NCBI GenBank assembly: GCA_039933785.1
Contig: JBDTNL010000005.1
Span: 18,506-82,505 of the forward strand
Reading direction: 5' to 3'
Length of the DNA: 64,000 nucleotides
DNA from: Acidobacteriota bacterium
GTDB lineage: Bacteria; Acidobacteriota; Thermoanaerobaculia; Multivoradales; JAGPDF01
Shown here: positions 37,400 to 46,651 of the stretch, piece by piece
Layout: each line of letters begins with the position of its first letter
How positions within the stretch are numbered: the stretch's first letter is position 1
Notes under the pieces: model-generated
Seen by the model: the letters and a program-made list of their open reading frames with translations, nothing else
Told to the model about the DNA's origin: nothing
Database searches by the model: none
Position numbers and translations under genes: made by a program

Positions 37400-38193
37400 T
37401 CGCCTACGAACGACTGATTCTGGCGCGCCAGGATGACCTGCTGCGCGTCACCCTGCAGGACCCCGAACGCGCGAATGCGCTGTCGCCGCGCCTGCTCGGT
37501 GAGCTCACCGACTGCTACCGCCGCGACTGGCGAGCCGAGGGCGTGCGCGCCATTCTGCTCGACGGCGCGGGCAAGAACTTCTCCGCCGGCGCCGATCTCG
37601 AGCACCTGAAGGCTTTGCGCCATGCAGGACCGGACGAGAACCTGGCCGACTCGATGCGCCTGCGCGACCTTTTCCAAGCCATCCTCCGGCAGGAGGCGCT
37701 GACTTTGGCGCTGGTGCACGGGGCCTGCGTCGCCGGCGGCTGCGGCATCGCGACGGCGCACGATTTCGTAATCGCCGCCGAGGATGCACGCTTCCTCTAC
37801 AGCGAGGCGCGGATCGGATTCGTCGCGGCGCTGGTGGCGACGTTCCTGCCGTTGCGTTTGCGCGGCAGCGACATTCGCGAGCTGCTGCTCAACCCGGATT
37901 TCATCGCCGGACCGCGGGCGCTCGAGATCGGTCTGGTGAACCGGCTCGTTGCGGCCAATGAGCTTCGAGTCGCCGGCGAACGCCTCGCCGGCGAGATTCT
38001 GAACCGCTCGAGCTCCGAGTCGATCGCGCGCACCAAACGGCTCATGCTTGAAATCGTGGGCATGCCGCTCGATGTGGCCATGGAGCACGCGGCGCGCGCC
38101 AACGCAGAGGCGCGGTCGACCGACGACTGCCGGCGCGGTATCGATACCTTCCTGGCGACCAAAAAGACCCCGCAGTGGCGCTCCGGCGAATGA
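37396..38193 (+). CDS. Enoyl-CoA hydratase/isomerase (crotonase) family protein
   Basis: 265 aa from GTG 37396, which forms a GTGA overlap. It contains RANALSPRLLGEL...ILLDGAGKNFSAGADL...VHGACVAGGCGIATAHDFVIAAEDARF. Confidence 0.85.
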   Translation: MIAYERLILARQDDLLRVTLQDPERANALSPRLLGELTDCYRRDWRAEGVRAILLDGAGKNFSAGADLEHLKALRHAGPDENLADSMRLRDLFQAILRQEALTLALVHGACVAGGCGIATAHDFVIAAEDARFLYSEARIGFVAALVATFLPLRLRGSDIRELLLNPDFIAGPRALEIGLVNRLVAANELRVAGERLAGEILNRSSSESIARTKRLMLEIVGMPLDVAMEHAARANAEARSTDDCRRGIDTFLATKKTPQWRSGE

Positions 38194-38621
38194 AGCTGCG
38201 GCCGCTCCATGCGGTCGCCGTTGCGCTCGTCACTTGGAGCCTCGTCGGACTGGTTGGCCAAACTCGAGAACTCCGGGCCAGATCCCTCGCCCCCGGTTCG
38301 CGCGCGACGCCGGGACAGTGGCGCCTCGCCAGCCGCGGTCGGGAGCGCCTCGAGCGTTGCTTGCGCGCGGCGCTCCCCCTGCTCCCCGAGAACAGTCTCA
38401 CGGCGCTCGAGACGCCTCCCGCGGACAACGGATACCTCTACTCCTGGGTGCAGTACGTGCTCCCCGAGCGGCGATTTACCCTGGGCTCGGACGACCCGCT
38501 GTGGCAGGGCGTCTCACATGTTTTCAGCTACGGAGCGCCGCTCCAGGATCGGCGGCTACGCCTGGGGCAGAACCTCGGCTGCGGTTGGCTCTATGAGGTG
38601 CGCCCGAGGTTTCGTCGTTGA
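38190..38621 (+). CDS. Hypothetical protein with an N-terminal signal/anchor helix
   Basis: 143 aa. ATGA overlap with the upstream gene and TTGA overlap with the downstream gene. I recognised no motif. ATG 38175 is an alternative start. Confidence 0.4.
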   Translation: MKLRPLHAVAVALVTWSLVGLVGQTRELRARSLAPGSRATPGQWRLASRGRERLERCLRAALPLLPENSLTALETPPADNGYLYSWVQYVLPERRFTLGSDDPLWQGVSHVFSYGAPLQDRRLRLGQNLGCGWLYEVRPRFRR

Positions 38622-39949
38622 ACGGCCTCGGCTTCGTGGCGGTCGTGCTCTCGGCCGTGGCGCTCGGGACCGCGCTCACGCGGCGGTTCGCGCCTGGCGC
38701 TCCTGACTCCCTGTCTGCTGGCTTCGCCGCCGGCTTGATCGCGTTGCACCTGGTTCTGCAAGCGATGTCGATTCTCGGCCTGGGATGGCACTGGCTGGTG
38801 GCTCCGGCGCTCGGCGCTATCGGCTGGCTGTGGACGCTGCGCTCGGCTCCGGCGCCCGCCCGTGAGCGCTGGGCGTTGGGATGGGGAGACGGCGCCGCAT
38901 TCGCCGCGTGCCTGTTGATCTGCGGCCTCGCGGTCGCGATGGCGATCGACAATCCGGACTTCGTTTTCCACTGGGGCCTGAAGGCGCGCAAATTCGCGCT
39001 CGCCGGCGGGCTCGACTTCCGGTTCCTTCAGGCGCCCTCGAATTGGCGTGTGCATCCGGACTATCCGAACCTGCTGCCCGAGCTGTTCGCCATCACCTCC
39101 CTGGGAGAGCGAAGCTTCCACGAGCCGGTGCTCCTCGCGTGGAGCGGCCTGTTCTTTGCCGCCGCCCTGCTCGCGGCGCGAGAGGCCCTGGCGCGGCTCG
39201 CCGCGGACTCGCTGCGGCGGCAGGCGGCGCTGGCGTTCATCGCATTCAGCGTGGCGGGGTTCGTCATCGCGACGGAGCTGACCGGCAATGCCGACGCGCT
39301 GATCTCGTGGGCGTTGCTGCTGGCCTTGCCCGCACTGGTCGAGCCGGCGGCGCCCGGAGCAGCTTTCCGGCTCGCGATCGCGGCCGCGCTCGCCGCCTCG
39401 TCCAAAATCGAGGGTGTGCCGCTTGCCGGCTTCATGCTCGCCGGATTCCTGTGGGCCCTGGTCTCGTCGCGGGTTCTTCCTCGTCGAGCGTTGGCGCTTC
39501 GCCTCGCCATGGTGGCGCTGCCGACCGCGCTGGTGGTCGCGCCGTGGCTGGCGATCAATCTCCGCCATTCGCTTTTCTTGACTACCAACTCGGGACCGTT
39601 CAGCCTGGAGAGGCTCGACCGCGCCATGCCCTTCCTGGCGAGAGCCCTCGGGGCCCACTCCTGGAACGGTGCGACCGCGGTCGTGCTCCTTATCCCTCTG
39701 CTGCTCTGGAGTCGGAGCCTGCGCCCCGCGACCACGGTCTGCGTCGCGCAACTGGCCTTCTATCTCTGGGTGTATTCGACCTCGCCGGTCGATACGGCGA
39801 GCTACGTTCAATGGAGCTTTCCGCGGCTGCTGCTGCATGTGCTGCCTGCCTTGTGGGTGCTGGCGGCCGGGTGGCACGGCCGGAGCCCGAAGCCCCTGAG
39901 TAGTAGTATTACTGGGGATTTCGCGGATGAATTGCCTCGCTTGCCCTGA
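38618..39949 (+). CDS. Polytopic membrane protein (about 11-12 TM; GT-C-like or O-antigen-ligase-like topology, function unknown)
   Basis: 443 aa, very hydrophobic, with a TTG start overlapping the previous stop. I recognised no catalytic motif. Confidence 0.6.
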   Translation: MNGLGFVAVVLSAVALGTALTRRFAPGAPDSLSAGFAAGLIALHLVLQAMSILGLGWHWLVAPALGAIGWLWTLRSAPAPARERWALGWGDGAAFAACLLICGLAVAMAIDNPDFVFHWGLKARKFALAGGLDFRFLQAPSNWRVHPDYPNLLPELFAITSLGERSFHEPVLLAWSGLFFAAALLAAREALARLAADSLRRQAALAFIAFSVAGFVIATELTGNADALISWALLLALPALVEPAAPGAAFRLAIAAALAASSKIEGVPLAGFMLAGFLWALVSSRVLPRRALALRLAMVALPTALVVAPWLAINLRHSLFLTTNSGPFSLERLDRAMPFLARALGAHSWNGATAVVLLIPLLLWSRSLRPATTVCVAQLAFYLWVYSTSPVDTASYVQWSFPRLLLHVLPALWVLAAGWHGRSPKPLSSSITGDFADELPRLP

Positions 39950-39951
39950 GC

Positions 39952-39970
39952 GCCTCCCCCAGCGGGAGGC
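39952..39970 (+). promoter_or_regulatory. Hairpin sequestering the SD of the kinase gene
   Basis: GCCTCCC (39952-39958), loop CCAGC, GGGAGGC (39964-39970). The 3' arm is the only SD (GGGAGG) for the TTG start at 39974. The hairpin begins 3 nt after the upstream stop codon. Confidence 0.35.
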
Positions 39971-39973
39971 CGT

Positions 39974-42900
39974 TTGAAGCTGCGCTGTGTGCGGTGCGGC
40001 GCCGACTTCAAGGTGCCTGACGCCACGGAGGGGGTCGTCGCCTGCCCGATCTGCGGCGCGCGGTATCGCCGTGGGCCGTCGAGCGGAGCGACCAGCCAAA
40101 CGGTGATTCCCAAGGTGCAGGTGACGGAGCCGACCCCGCCGACCCCGCCGATGAGGGCGATCCCCCCGATAACGCCGGTCTCGGTAGTAACGGATCCTCC
40201 GAGCGCATCATCGTCACCGCTCGACACCGAGGCTCCGACGCCGCGCCCGGCGACTGCGCGGACTCCTTCCGCGGCGGTTTCGCCGCCGCGCCAGGTCTCG
40301 GCGCCAGCCTCCGCGGGTCAGGACACTCCGACCCGGGAGCTCGCGGCTCAGGGAGACGCCCATCTGCCGATCTTCTTCGCCGGCGATCTAGTGGCGGGGC
40401 GCTACAAGATCAAGAGCTTCCTGGCTCGGGGTGGCATGGGCGAGGTGTACGAGGCCGAGGATCTGGAGCTCAACAGCGAGGTCGCGCTGAAGACCGTCGA
40501 TCCCCGCGTCGCCGAGGACGAGCGCGCGATCGAGCGCTTCAAACGTGAAATTCAGCTGGCACGGCGGGTGACCCATCCCAACGCGTGCCGCATCTTCGAC
40601 GTCGGGTTCCACCCCTTGCCGCACGGCTCGGCCATCGTCTTCCTGACCATGGAGCTGCTGCGCGGTGAGACCCTGGCAGCGCGCCTGCGCCGCGAGGGCC
40701 CAATGCCGCCGGCGACGGCGCTCCCGGTGTTACGTCAGGTGGCCGCCGGTCTCGGCGCGGCGCACAAGGCGGGCATCATTCACCGCGACTTCAAGAGCGA
40801 GAACGTCTTCCTCGTCCCGGACCCCGGCGAGGAAGCCGGACTGCGGGCGGTGGTCGCGGACTTCGGCATCGCCCGCGGCGCGGTCGAGGACGCGGCCAAC
40901 GCCAAGCTGACCATGGCCGGCGGCGTCATCGGCACGCCGGCCTACATGTCGCCCGAGCAGCTCTCGGGCGACACCATGACGTCGGCGTCCGACATCTACG
41001 CGCTCGGGCTGGTGATGTACGAGGTGGTGACCGGACGGCTGCCCTTCCAGGGCGACACCGCGATCGCGACGGCGGTCAAGCGGCTGACCGAGCCGCCCCC
41101 TTCACCACGCACCTACGTGCCCGATCTCGATCGGCGCTGGGAAGCCGTGATCCTGCACTGCCTTGAGCGCCGCCCCGAGGACCGCTATTCGACCGCACTC
41201 GAGGCGATCGCGGCCCTCGAGCCGGACAGCGTCGTGCGGAGCGCGAGTTTCAGGGTGCAGCCGTCGGCGCCAGCCGCCGGCGGCTTGCGCGGGCTCCTGC
41301 GCCAGCGCTGGACCCTCGCCGTTCTCGCGCTGTTGTTGCTCGCCGCCGCGGGCAGCGCCGTTTTGCGGGTGCGCGCGAATCGTCAGGCTCAGATGGGCTC
41401 GGTCGGCGCTCCGCGCCGGGCGGTTGCCGTGCTCGGATTCAAGAACAGCTCCGCGCGCCCCGAATCGGCGTGGATCTCGACTGCGCTCGCCGAGATGCTC
41501 AACACCGAGCTCGGCCAGGGTGACGGTCTGCGGCTGGTGCCCGGCGAGAGCGTGGCGCGAGTGAAGATCGACCTCGCCCTCGGCGACGTCGATAGCCTCT
41601 CGCCGGCCACACTCGGCAAGCTGCGCACATTGCTCGGCGCGGACTACGTGCTCGCCGGTTCGTATACCGCGCTTCCCGGCGGTGCCTTGCGGCTCGATTT
41701 GCGCCTGCAAGATGCGCTGGCCGGCGAAACACTGAAGCCGGTGACCGCTTCGGGTACCGAGGCCGGGCTCTTCGACCTGGCGCAAAAGAGTGGCGAGCAG
41801 CTCCGCGAGCGCCTAGGCGTCGAGTCCGGCAGCCAGGGCAGCGGCTGGTGGTCGGCGGAACGCTGGAATCCCGAGGCGACGCGGCTCTATTCCGAAGGCC
41901 TCACCAAGCTGCGCGGATTCGAGCCCCAGGCGGCCCGCCAGCTGCTCGAGCAGGCGGTGGCGGCGGATCCGCAGAGTCCGCTGGCGCATTCGGCGCTCGC
42001 CGCGGCGTGGTCGGCGCTGGGGTTCGGCGAGAAGGCGGCGCAGGAAGGGAAGAAGGCGCTCGATCTTTCGGCGGACCTGCCGCGCGAGCAAAAGCTCGAG
42101 GTCGAGGGCCGCTACGCCGAGGTCACCCATGATTCGCCGCGCGCCGCCGAGGTGTACGGTGCGCTGTTCGGCTTCTACCCCGACAATCTCGACTACGGGC
42201 TGCGCCTGGCGTCGAACCTGACGGCCGCCGGTCACGCCGACCGGGCGCTCTCGACGGTCGAAGCCTTGCGCCAGCTGCCGGCGCCGCTGCGTGACGATCC
42301 GCGGATCGATCTTGAAGCCGCGAGCGCCGCGGGTGCGCGCTCCGACTTCAAATTGCAGCAGCAGACGGCTGCCCGTGCCGCGGGCACGGCCGCGACTCAG
42401 GGCGCCAGACTGCTGGTGGCCCAAGCTCGGGTGATCGAGGGTTGGGCCTGGCGCAATCTGGGAGATCCTGGTCGTTCGATCGCGGCTTGCCAGGAAGCCG
42501 AGAAGCTCTATCGCGAGGTCGGCAACCGCGCCGGACAGGCGGCGGCGCTGACCGCGTGGGCGGGCGCGCTCTACGACCAGGGCGAGCTGCCGGGGGCGAA
42601 GGCCGGCTACGAGCAGGCGCTCGCCACCTATCGCGAAATCGGTGACCAGAACGGTGTCGCGCGGGCGCTCAACAACATCGCGGTGGTGCTCAAGAACCAG
42701 GGCGACCTGACGAGCGCCAAGGCGATGTACGAGCAGACCCTGGCCATCTGCCGCGAGACCGGCGACAAGATGGGCATCGCCTCGACGCTCAACAACGAGG
42801 CCGCGGTCCTCTCGCAGGAAGGCAACCTGCAGGCCGCGCGCGATCTCTTCGAACAGGCACTGACCCTACGCCGCGAGCTCGGCGACCAGAGCGGCATCGC

Positions 42901-43774
42901 CTACGCGTTGAGCAATATCGGTGGAGTGCTAAGGCTGCAAGGCGACCTCGCGGGGGCGCGCGCCAAGCACGAGGAAGCGCTCAACATCCGCAACTCGATC
43001 AACCAGCGCATTGGCTCGGTGGCTTCGCTCAACAACCTCGGTCGGGTGCTGCTCGACACGGGGAACCTCATCGGCGCAAAGAAGGAGTTCGACGAGGCGC
43101 TGAACGCCTGCGGCGAGATCCAGAACAAGAGCTGCTCCGCGAATGCGCTCTCCGGCCTCGCCGAGGTCGCGCTGCTCGTCAACGAACCCGAATCGGCGGT
43201 TCGCCAAGCGCAGGAAGCACTCTCCATTCGTGAGCAGATCGGCGAGCGCTCGAGCGCCGCGGAGAGCCGGCTGCTGCTGGCGTGGATCGCCAACGATAGC
43301 GGCGATTTTTCGACCGCGAGCAAGACGTTGACCGCCGTAGTGGAGGATCTTGCGGCGGTACAGGCCACCGACCAGCAGGCGATCGCTGCAGCGCTGCTGG
43401 CGCGCGCCCGGCTTGGCGCCGGCGATAAGTCGGGGGCCCAACGGGCCGCCAGCCAAGCGGCGACGCTCGCCAAGGGCAGCCAGAACCGGCTGGCGCGACT
43501 GGCCGCCACGATCGCGGCGGCGCGGGTCGGCGCCTTGGTCTCGGCCGCCAACCGGGCATCGGCAATCGAGACCTTGCGGCAGGCACGCCGCGAAGCCGAG
43601 GCTTCGGGACTGATTCTGCAGCAGTACGAGGCGCGCCTGGCGATCGGCGAAATCGAGATGGCTGCTGCCGATCGGATGAACGGGCGCACCGAGTTGATTT
43701 CGCTCGCCGCCGACGCCGCCCGTCAGGGCTACCCCGCCATGGCACGCCGCGCCGCCAATGCGGCGAAAGGCTGA
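39974..43774 (+). CDS. Ser/Thr protein kinase with an N-terminal zinc ribbon, one TM segment and a large extracytoplasmic TPR array
   Basis: 1266 aa. Zinc ribbon: CVRCGADFKVP...CPICGARY. Kinase: GGMGEVYEA, ALK, HRDFKSENVFL, DFGIAR, GTPAYMSPEQ. TM segment: WTLAVLALLLLAAAGSAVL. Many TPR units follow, of the type ...AL(N/S)N(I/L)(A/G)xVLxxQGDLxxA... Confidence 0.9.
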   Translation: MKLRCVRCGADFKVPDATEGVVACPICGARYRRGPSSGATSQTVIPKVQVTEPTPPTPPMRAIPPITPVSVVTDPPSASSSPLDTEAPTPRPATARTPSAAVSPPRQVSAPASAGQDTPTRELAAQGDAHLPIFFAGDLVAGRYKIKSFLARGGMGEVYEAEDLELNSEVALKTVDPRVAEDERAIERFKREIQLARRVTHPNACRIFDVGFHPLPHGSAIVFLTMELLRGETLAARLRREGPMPPATALPVLRQVAAGLGAAHKAGIIHRDFKSENVFLVPDPGEEAGLRAVVADFGIARGAVEDAANAKLTMAGGVIGTPAYMSPEQLSGDTMTSASDIYALGLVMYEVVTGRLPFQGDTAIATAVKRLTEPPPSPRTYVPDLDRRWEAVILHCLERRPEDRYSTALEAIAALEPDSVVRSASFRVQPSAPAAGGLRGLLRQRWTLAVLALLLLAAAGSAVLRVRANRQAQMGSVGAPRRAVAVLGFKNSSARPESAWISTALAEMLNTELGQGDGLRLVPGESVARVKIDLALGDVDSLSPATLGKLRTLLGADYVLAGSYTALPGGALRLDLRLQDALAGETLKPVTASGTEAGLFDLAQKSGEQLRERLGVESGSQGSGWWSAERWNPEATRLYSEGLTKLRGFEPQAARQLLEQAVAADPQSPLAHSALAAAWSALGFGEKAAQEGKKALDLSADLPREQKLEVEGRYAEVTHDSPRAAEVYGALFGFYPDNLDYGLRLASNLTAAGHADRALSTVEALRQLPAPLRDDPRIDLEAASAAGARSDFKLQQQTAARAAGTAATQGARLLVAQARVIEGWAWRNLGDPGRSIAACQEAEKLYREVGNRAGQAAALTAWAGALYDQGELPGAKAGYEQALATYREIGDQNGVARALNNIAVVLKNQGDLTSAKAMYEQTLAICRETGDKMGIASTLNNEAAVLSQEGNLQAARDLFEQALTLRRELGDQSGIAYALSNIGGVLRLQGDLAGARAKHEEALNIRNSINQRIGSVASLNNLGRVLLDTGNLIGAKKEFDEALNACGEIQNKSCSANALSGLAEVALLVNEPESAVRQAQEALSIREQIGERSSAAESRLLLAWIANDSGDFSTASKTLTAVVEDLAAVQATDQQAIAAALLARARLGAGDKSGAQRAASQAATLAKGSQNRLARLAATIAAARVGALVSAANRASAIETLRQARREAEASGLILQQYEARLAIGEIEMAAADRMNGRTELISLAADAARQGYPAMARRAANAAKG

Positions 43775-43787
43775 CGGTCGGCCGGCC

Positions 43788-44471
43788 ATGCGACTCATCC
43801 TCTTCGACATCGACGGTACGCTGCTCGACTGCGGCCGGCAGGTTCGGCCGCTACTGGCGTCGGCACTGGCGGATGTCTATGGCACTTGCGGCGACATCGA
43901 CGCCTACGACTTCGCGGGCAAGACCGATCCGCGCATCGTGCTCGACCTGATGGGCGGCGCGGGCCTCGAGCGGCTGCATATCTTGGGTGAGCTGCCGCGG
44001 CTACGAGAGCTCTACCTCCGGCGCCTGGAGGAGGGTCTGCTGGCCGGGCGCATGCGCTTACTGCCCGGCGTGCGCGAGCTCCTCGAACGACTGAGTGCGA
44101 GGAAAGGCCTCACCCTGGCGCTACTCACCGGCAACTGGGAGGCCGGGGCACGCATCAAGCTCGGCCGCTTCGGGCTCAACGCGTACTTCCCGTTTGGCGC
44201 TTTCGGCGACGATGGTGAGAATCGTTCGGACCTGCCGCCGGCCGCCCAGCGACGAGCGCGGGAACACGCCGGCGAGCACTTCGCCGCCGACGACATGCTG
44301 ATCATCGGCGACAGCCTGCTCGACGTCGAATGCGCGCGCCACAACGGCGTGCGGTCCCTGGCCGTCGCCACCGGTCGAACCGCGGCCAGCGATCTCGAAG
44401 CGGCAGGCGCCGACTGGGTGATCGCCAACTTGCTCGACGCGCACCGTTGCGCGGCGATCTTCGCTCACTGA
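43788..44471 (+). CDS. HAD-superfamily hydrolase (phosphoglycolate phosphatase-like)
   Basis: 227 aa from ATG 43788 with MRLILFDIDGTLLD, ALLTGN and IIGDSLLDVECARHNG. Confidence 0.8.
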   Translation: MRLILFDIDGTLLDCGRQVRPLLASALADVYGTCGDIDAYDFAGKTDPRIVLDLMGGAGLERLHILGELPRLRELYLRRLEEGLLAGRMRLLPGVRELLERLSARKGLTLALLTGNWEAGARIKLGRFGLNAYFPFGAFGDDGENRSDLPPAAQRRAREHAGEHFAADDMLIIGDSLLDVECARHNGVRSLAVATGRTAASDLEAAGADWVIANLLDAHRCAAIFAH

Positions 44472-44492
44472 TCCGTTTCGGCGAGGAGCCTG

Positions 44493-44765
44493 ATGAACCG
44501 CCTGCTGCAGATTCCCGAAAGCATTCGGACCCAACTCGCAGAATCGCTGCTCGACGAAAACGATATCGGCGAGTTCCTCCGTCACGCCAAACCCGAGGTC
44601 GATCCGGCCCGCCCGGGCTTCGCCAAGTGCGCCGGCGTTTTGCCGGTGCGCCGCGCGCTCGACCCCGAGACCTCGCAGCTGCGCCGAGTGGAACTCCTGC
44701 TGCGCGACGCGGGAGACACCTGGGAAGTGGTGGCACTCTCGGGGCTCGACCCCGAATCCGTTTGA
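44493..44765 (+). CDS. Hypothetical small protein
   Basis: 90 aa, on the same strand as and 21 nt after the HAD gene. I recognised no motif. Confidence 0.35.
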   Translation: MNRLLQIPESIRTQLAESLLDENDIGEFLRHAKPEVDPARPGFAKCAGVLPVRRALDPETSQLRRVELLLRDAGDTWEVVALSGLDPESV

Positions 44766-44793
44766 GTAGTGGACCGAGCTTGATTCAGTAGTT

Positions 44794-45642
44794 TCAAGGC
44801 ACGAGGTGCCGGCGATACCAACTCACGGTCGCGTTCATCGCCTGAATCAATTGCGGAGTAGACCCTTGAAACGGGTGCTTGCCGCCGAGCCCGTGATCGC
44901 CGCCACGGACTTCGTGCCGTTCCGCGGGCGGTGAAGCCGCCTGGTGCAGCCGGCGACCCTCCTCGCACGGGACCGTTTCGTCCGCATCCCCGTGCACCAC
45001 CAACCAGGGAGTCGAGCGCCGGGCCGCCGCGCGCGTCAGGTCGAGAGCCTCCTCGTTGGCCTCGACGTCGTGGAGCAGGCCGATGCCGAGGGGCAGCTCC
45101 TGTCCGGTGCGCAGATTGAGGAACGGCAGGACGCCGGTTCGCCGCCAGTACGCCTTCATGGCCGGCGAGGCACGGTCGAACCCGCTTACCGCGGCCCAGG
45201 TCACCAGTGCCTTGAGTCGCGCTGACCAAGCGGGATCGGCGGCGGCCAGGAGCGCGATCCCGCCGCCCCGGCTATGCCCGAAGAGTCCGATGCGCTGGCG
45301 ATCGACCCGGCCCGGCGCCAGGCGGTCCCCTGCGGCGTCGAGGATCTCCAGGGTCTCGTCGACTTCGCGCGAGAAGGTGTTGTTGCGAAACGCTTCGAGA
45401 TCGGTGACCAGCTCGTCGCCGGGTTGCATGCCGGAGCCGGTGAAGTTGAAACGAATGACGACGAAGCCGCGGGCCGCCAGCAGCTCGGCGAGCGCGGGGA
45501 AGAAGCCCCACTCCATGAATCCCTTGAAGCCGTGACAGGCGACGATGGTGGGGTGTGTGCCCGAGCCGTCGGGCAGATCCAGCGTGCCGACGAGCGGCCG
45601 ACCGGCGTTCGTGGTCAGGTGAAAGATCTCGCTTTCGGGCAC
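44794..45642 (-). CDS. Alpha/beta hydrolase (dienelactone-hydrolase / prolyl-oligopeptidase-like)
   Basis: 282 aa with the nucleophile elbow GHSRGG, HGDADETVP, and a C-terminal His (GDHGLGGKHPF). Confidence 0.8.
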   Translation of the reverse strand: MPESEIFHLTTNAGRPLVGTLDLPDGSGTHPTIVACHGFKGFMEWGFFPALAELLAARGFVVIRFNFTGSGMQPGDELVTDLEAFRNNTFSREVDETLEILDAAGDRLAPGRVDRQRIGLFGHSRGGGIALLAAADPAWSARLKALVTWAAVSGFDRASPAMKAYWRRTGVLPFLNLRTGQELPLGIGLLHDVEANEEALDLTRAAARRSTPWLVVHGDADETVPCEEGRRLHQAASPPAERHEVRGGDHGLGGKHPFQGSTPQLIQAMNATVSWYRRHLVP

Positions 45643-45686
45643 CGTTCGATCATATCCGCCGGCCTGCTTCGGGCGGCTCCGCTAGG

Positions 45687-46637
45687 ATGAGCCTCGTGAC
45701 GACTACCGCTCTGTTCGACCGATCATCCACCGCTCGCTTGGAGCTTCGCGGTGCTGACCGCCAGCGCTTCCTCAATGGACTGGTGACCTGTGACACCAAG
45801 ACGCTGACACCGGGTCACGGTGCCTACGGATTCTTCACCGACGGCAAGGGACGGGTGCTCGCGGACGTGGTGGTACTCGCGCTCGAGGACAGGCTGTGGC
45901 TCGAATTGCCCGCGGGGCAAGGCGATGCGATCGCGAGCCACCTGCAGAAATACATCATCGCCGACCGTGTCGACGTGGGCGCCCTGGATGGTTGGCTTCC
46001 GATCTCACTCTTGGGCGAGCTGCCGGACGGCTTGTTCGGGCTCGATGCCGCGCCGGCCGTGCCGTACGAAAACCTCTCGTTGACCGCGGCGGGATTCGCG
46101 GTCCATGCGGTGCGCGAAGGCCGCCAGGGGCTGGACGCCTTGAGTCTTTGGGTTCCCCAAGAAGGCGCCGAGGCGGTCGCTCAGGCTCTGCTGGCGATGC
46201 CGGGTGTGAAGGCGATCGGAGAGCAGGATGTTGAAGTCCGGCGCGTCGCAGCCGGCGTCGGCAAGTGGGGACAGGATTTTGGCCCCGAGCATTTCCCGCA
46301 AGAGACCGGAGCCGAGGCAGAGGCGGTGAGCTACACCAAGGGCTGCTACCTCGGACAGGAGATCGTGGCGCGGATCCACTATCGCGGTGGAGTGCAGCGG
46401 GCTCTCCGCGGCTTGCGCTTCGCCGACGCGGCGAACTCGCATCTGCCCGCGCTCGGAACGGCGATCATGGCCGACGGTCGCGAATCGGGCCGTCTCACCA
46501 GCGTCGCACGCTCAGCGATGTGGGGAACGATCGGACTTGCCGTGCTGCACCAGCGGGTGGGCGAGGATGGCGCGACGGTCGAACTCGAGACCGGCGAAAC
46601 GGCAACGCTCGCGGCGCTCCCGTTCGGCCGGCCCTGA
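45687..46637 (+). CDS. ygfZ: YgfZ / GcvT-like folate-binding protein (Fe-S cluster-related)
   Basis: 316 aa from ATG 45687 with LELRGADRQRFLNGLVTCD...GAYGFFTDGKGRVLAD and the conserved KGCYLGQEIVARIHYRG motif. Confidence 0.8.
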   Translation: MSLVTTTALFDRSSTARLELRGADRQRFLNGLVTCDTKTLTPGHGAYGFFTDGKGRVLADVVVLALEDRLWLELPAGQGDAIASHLQKYIIADRVDVGALDGWLPISLLGELPDGLFGLDAAPAVPYENLSLTAAGFAVHAVREGRQGLDALSLWVPQEGAEAVAQALLAMPGVKAIGEQDVEVRRVAAGVGKWGQDFGPEHFPQETGAEAEAVSYTKGCYLGQEIVARIHYRGGVQRALRGLRFADAANSHLPALGTAIMADGRESGRLTSVARSAMWGTIGLAVLHQRVGEDGATVELETGETATLAALPFGRP

Positions 46638-46651
46638 GCTGGCGGCCCGCC

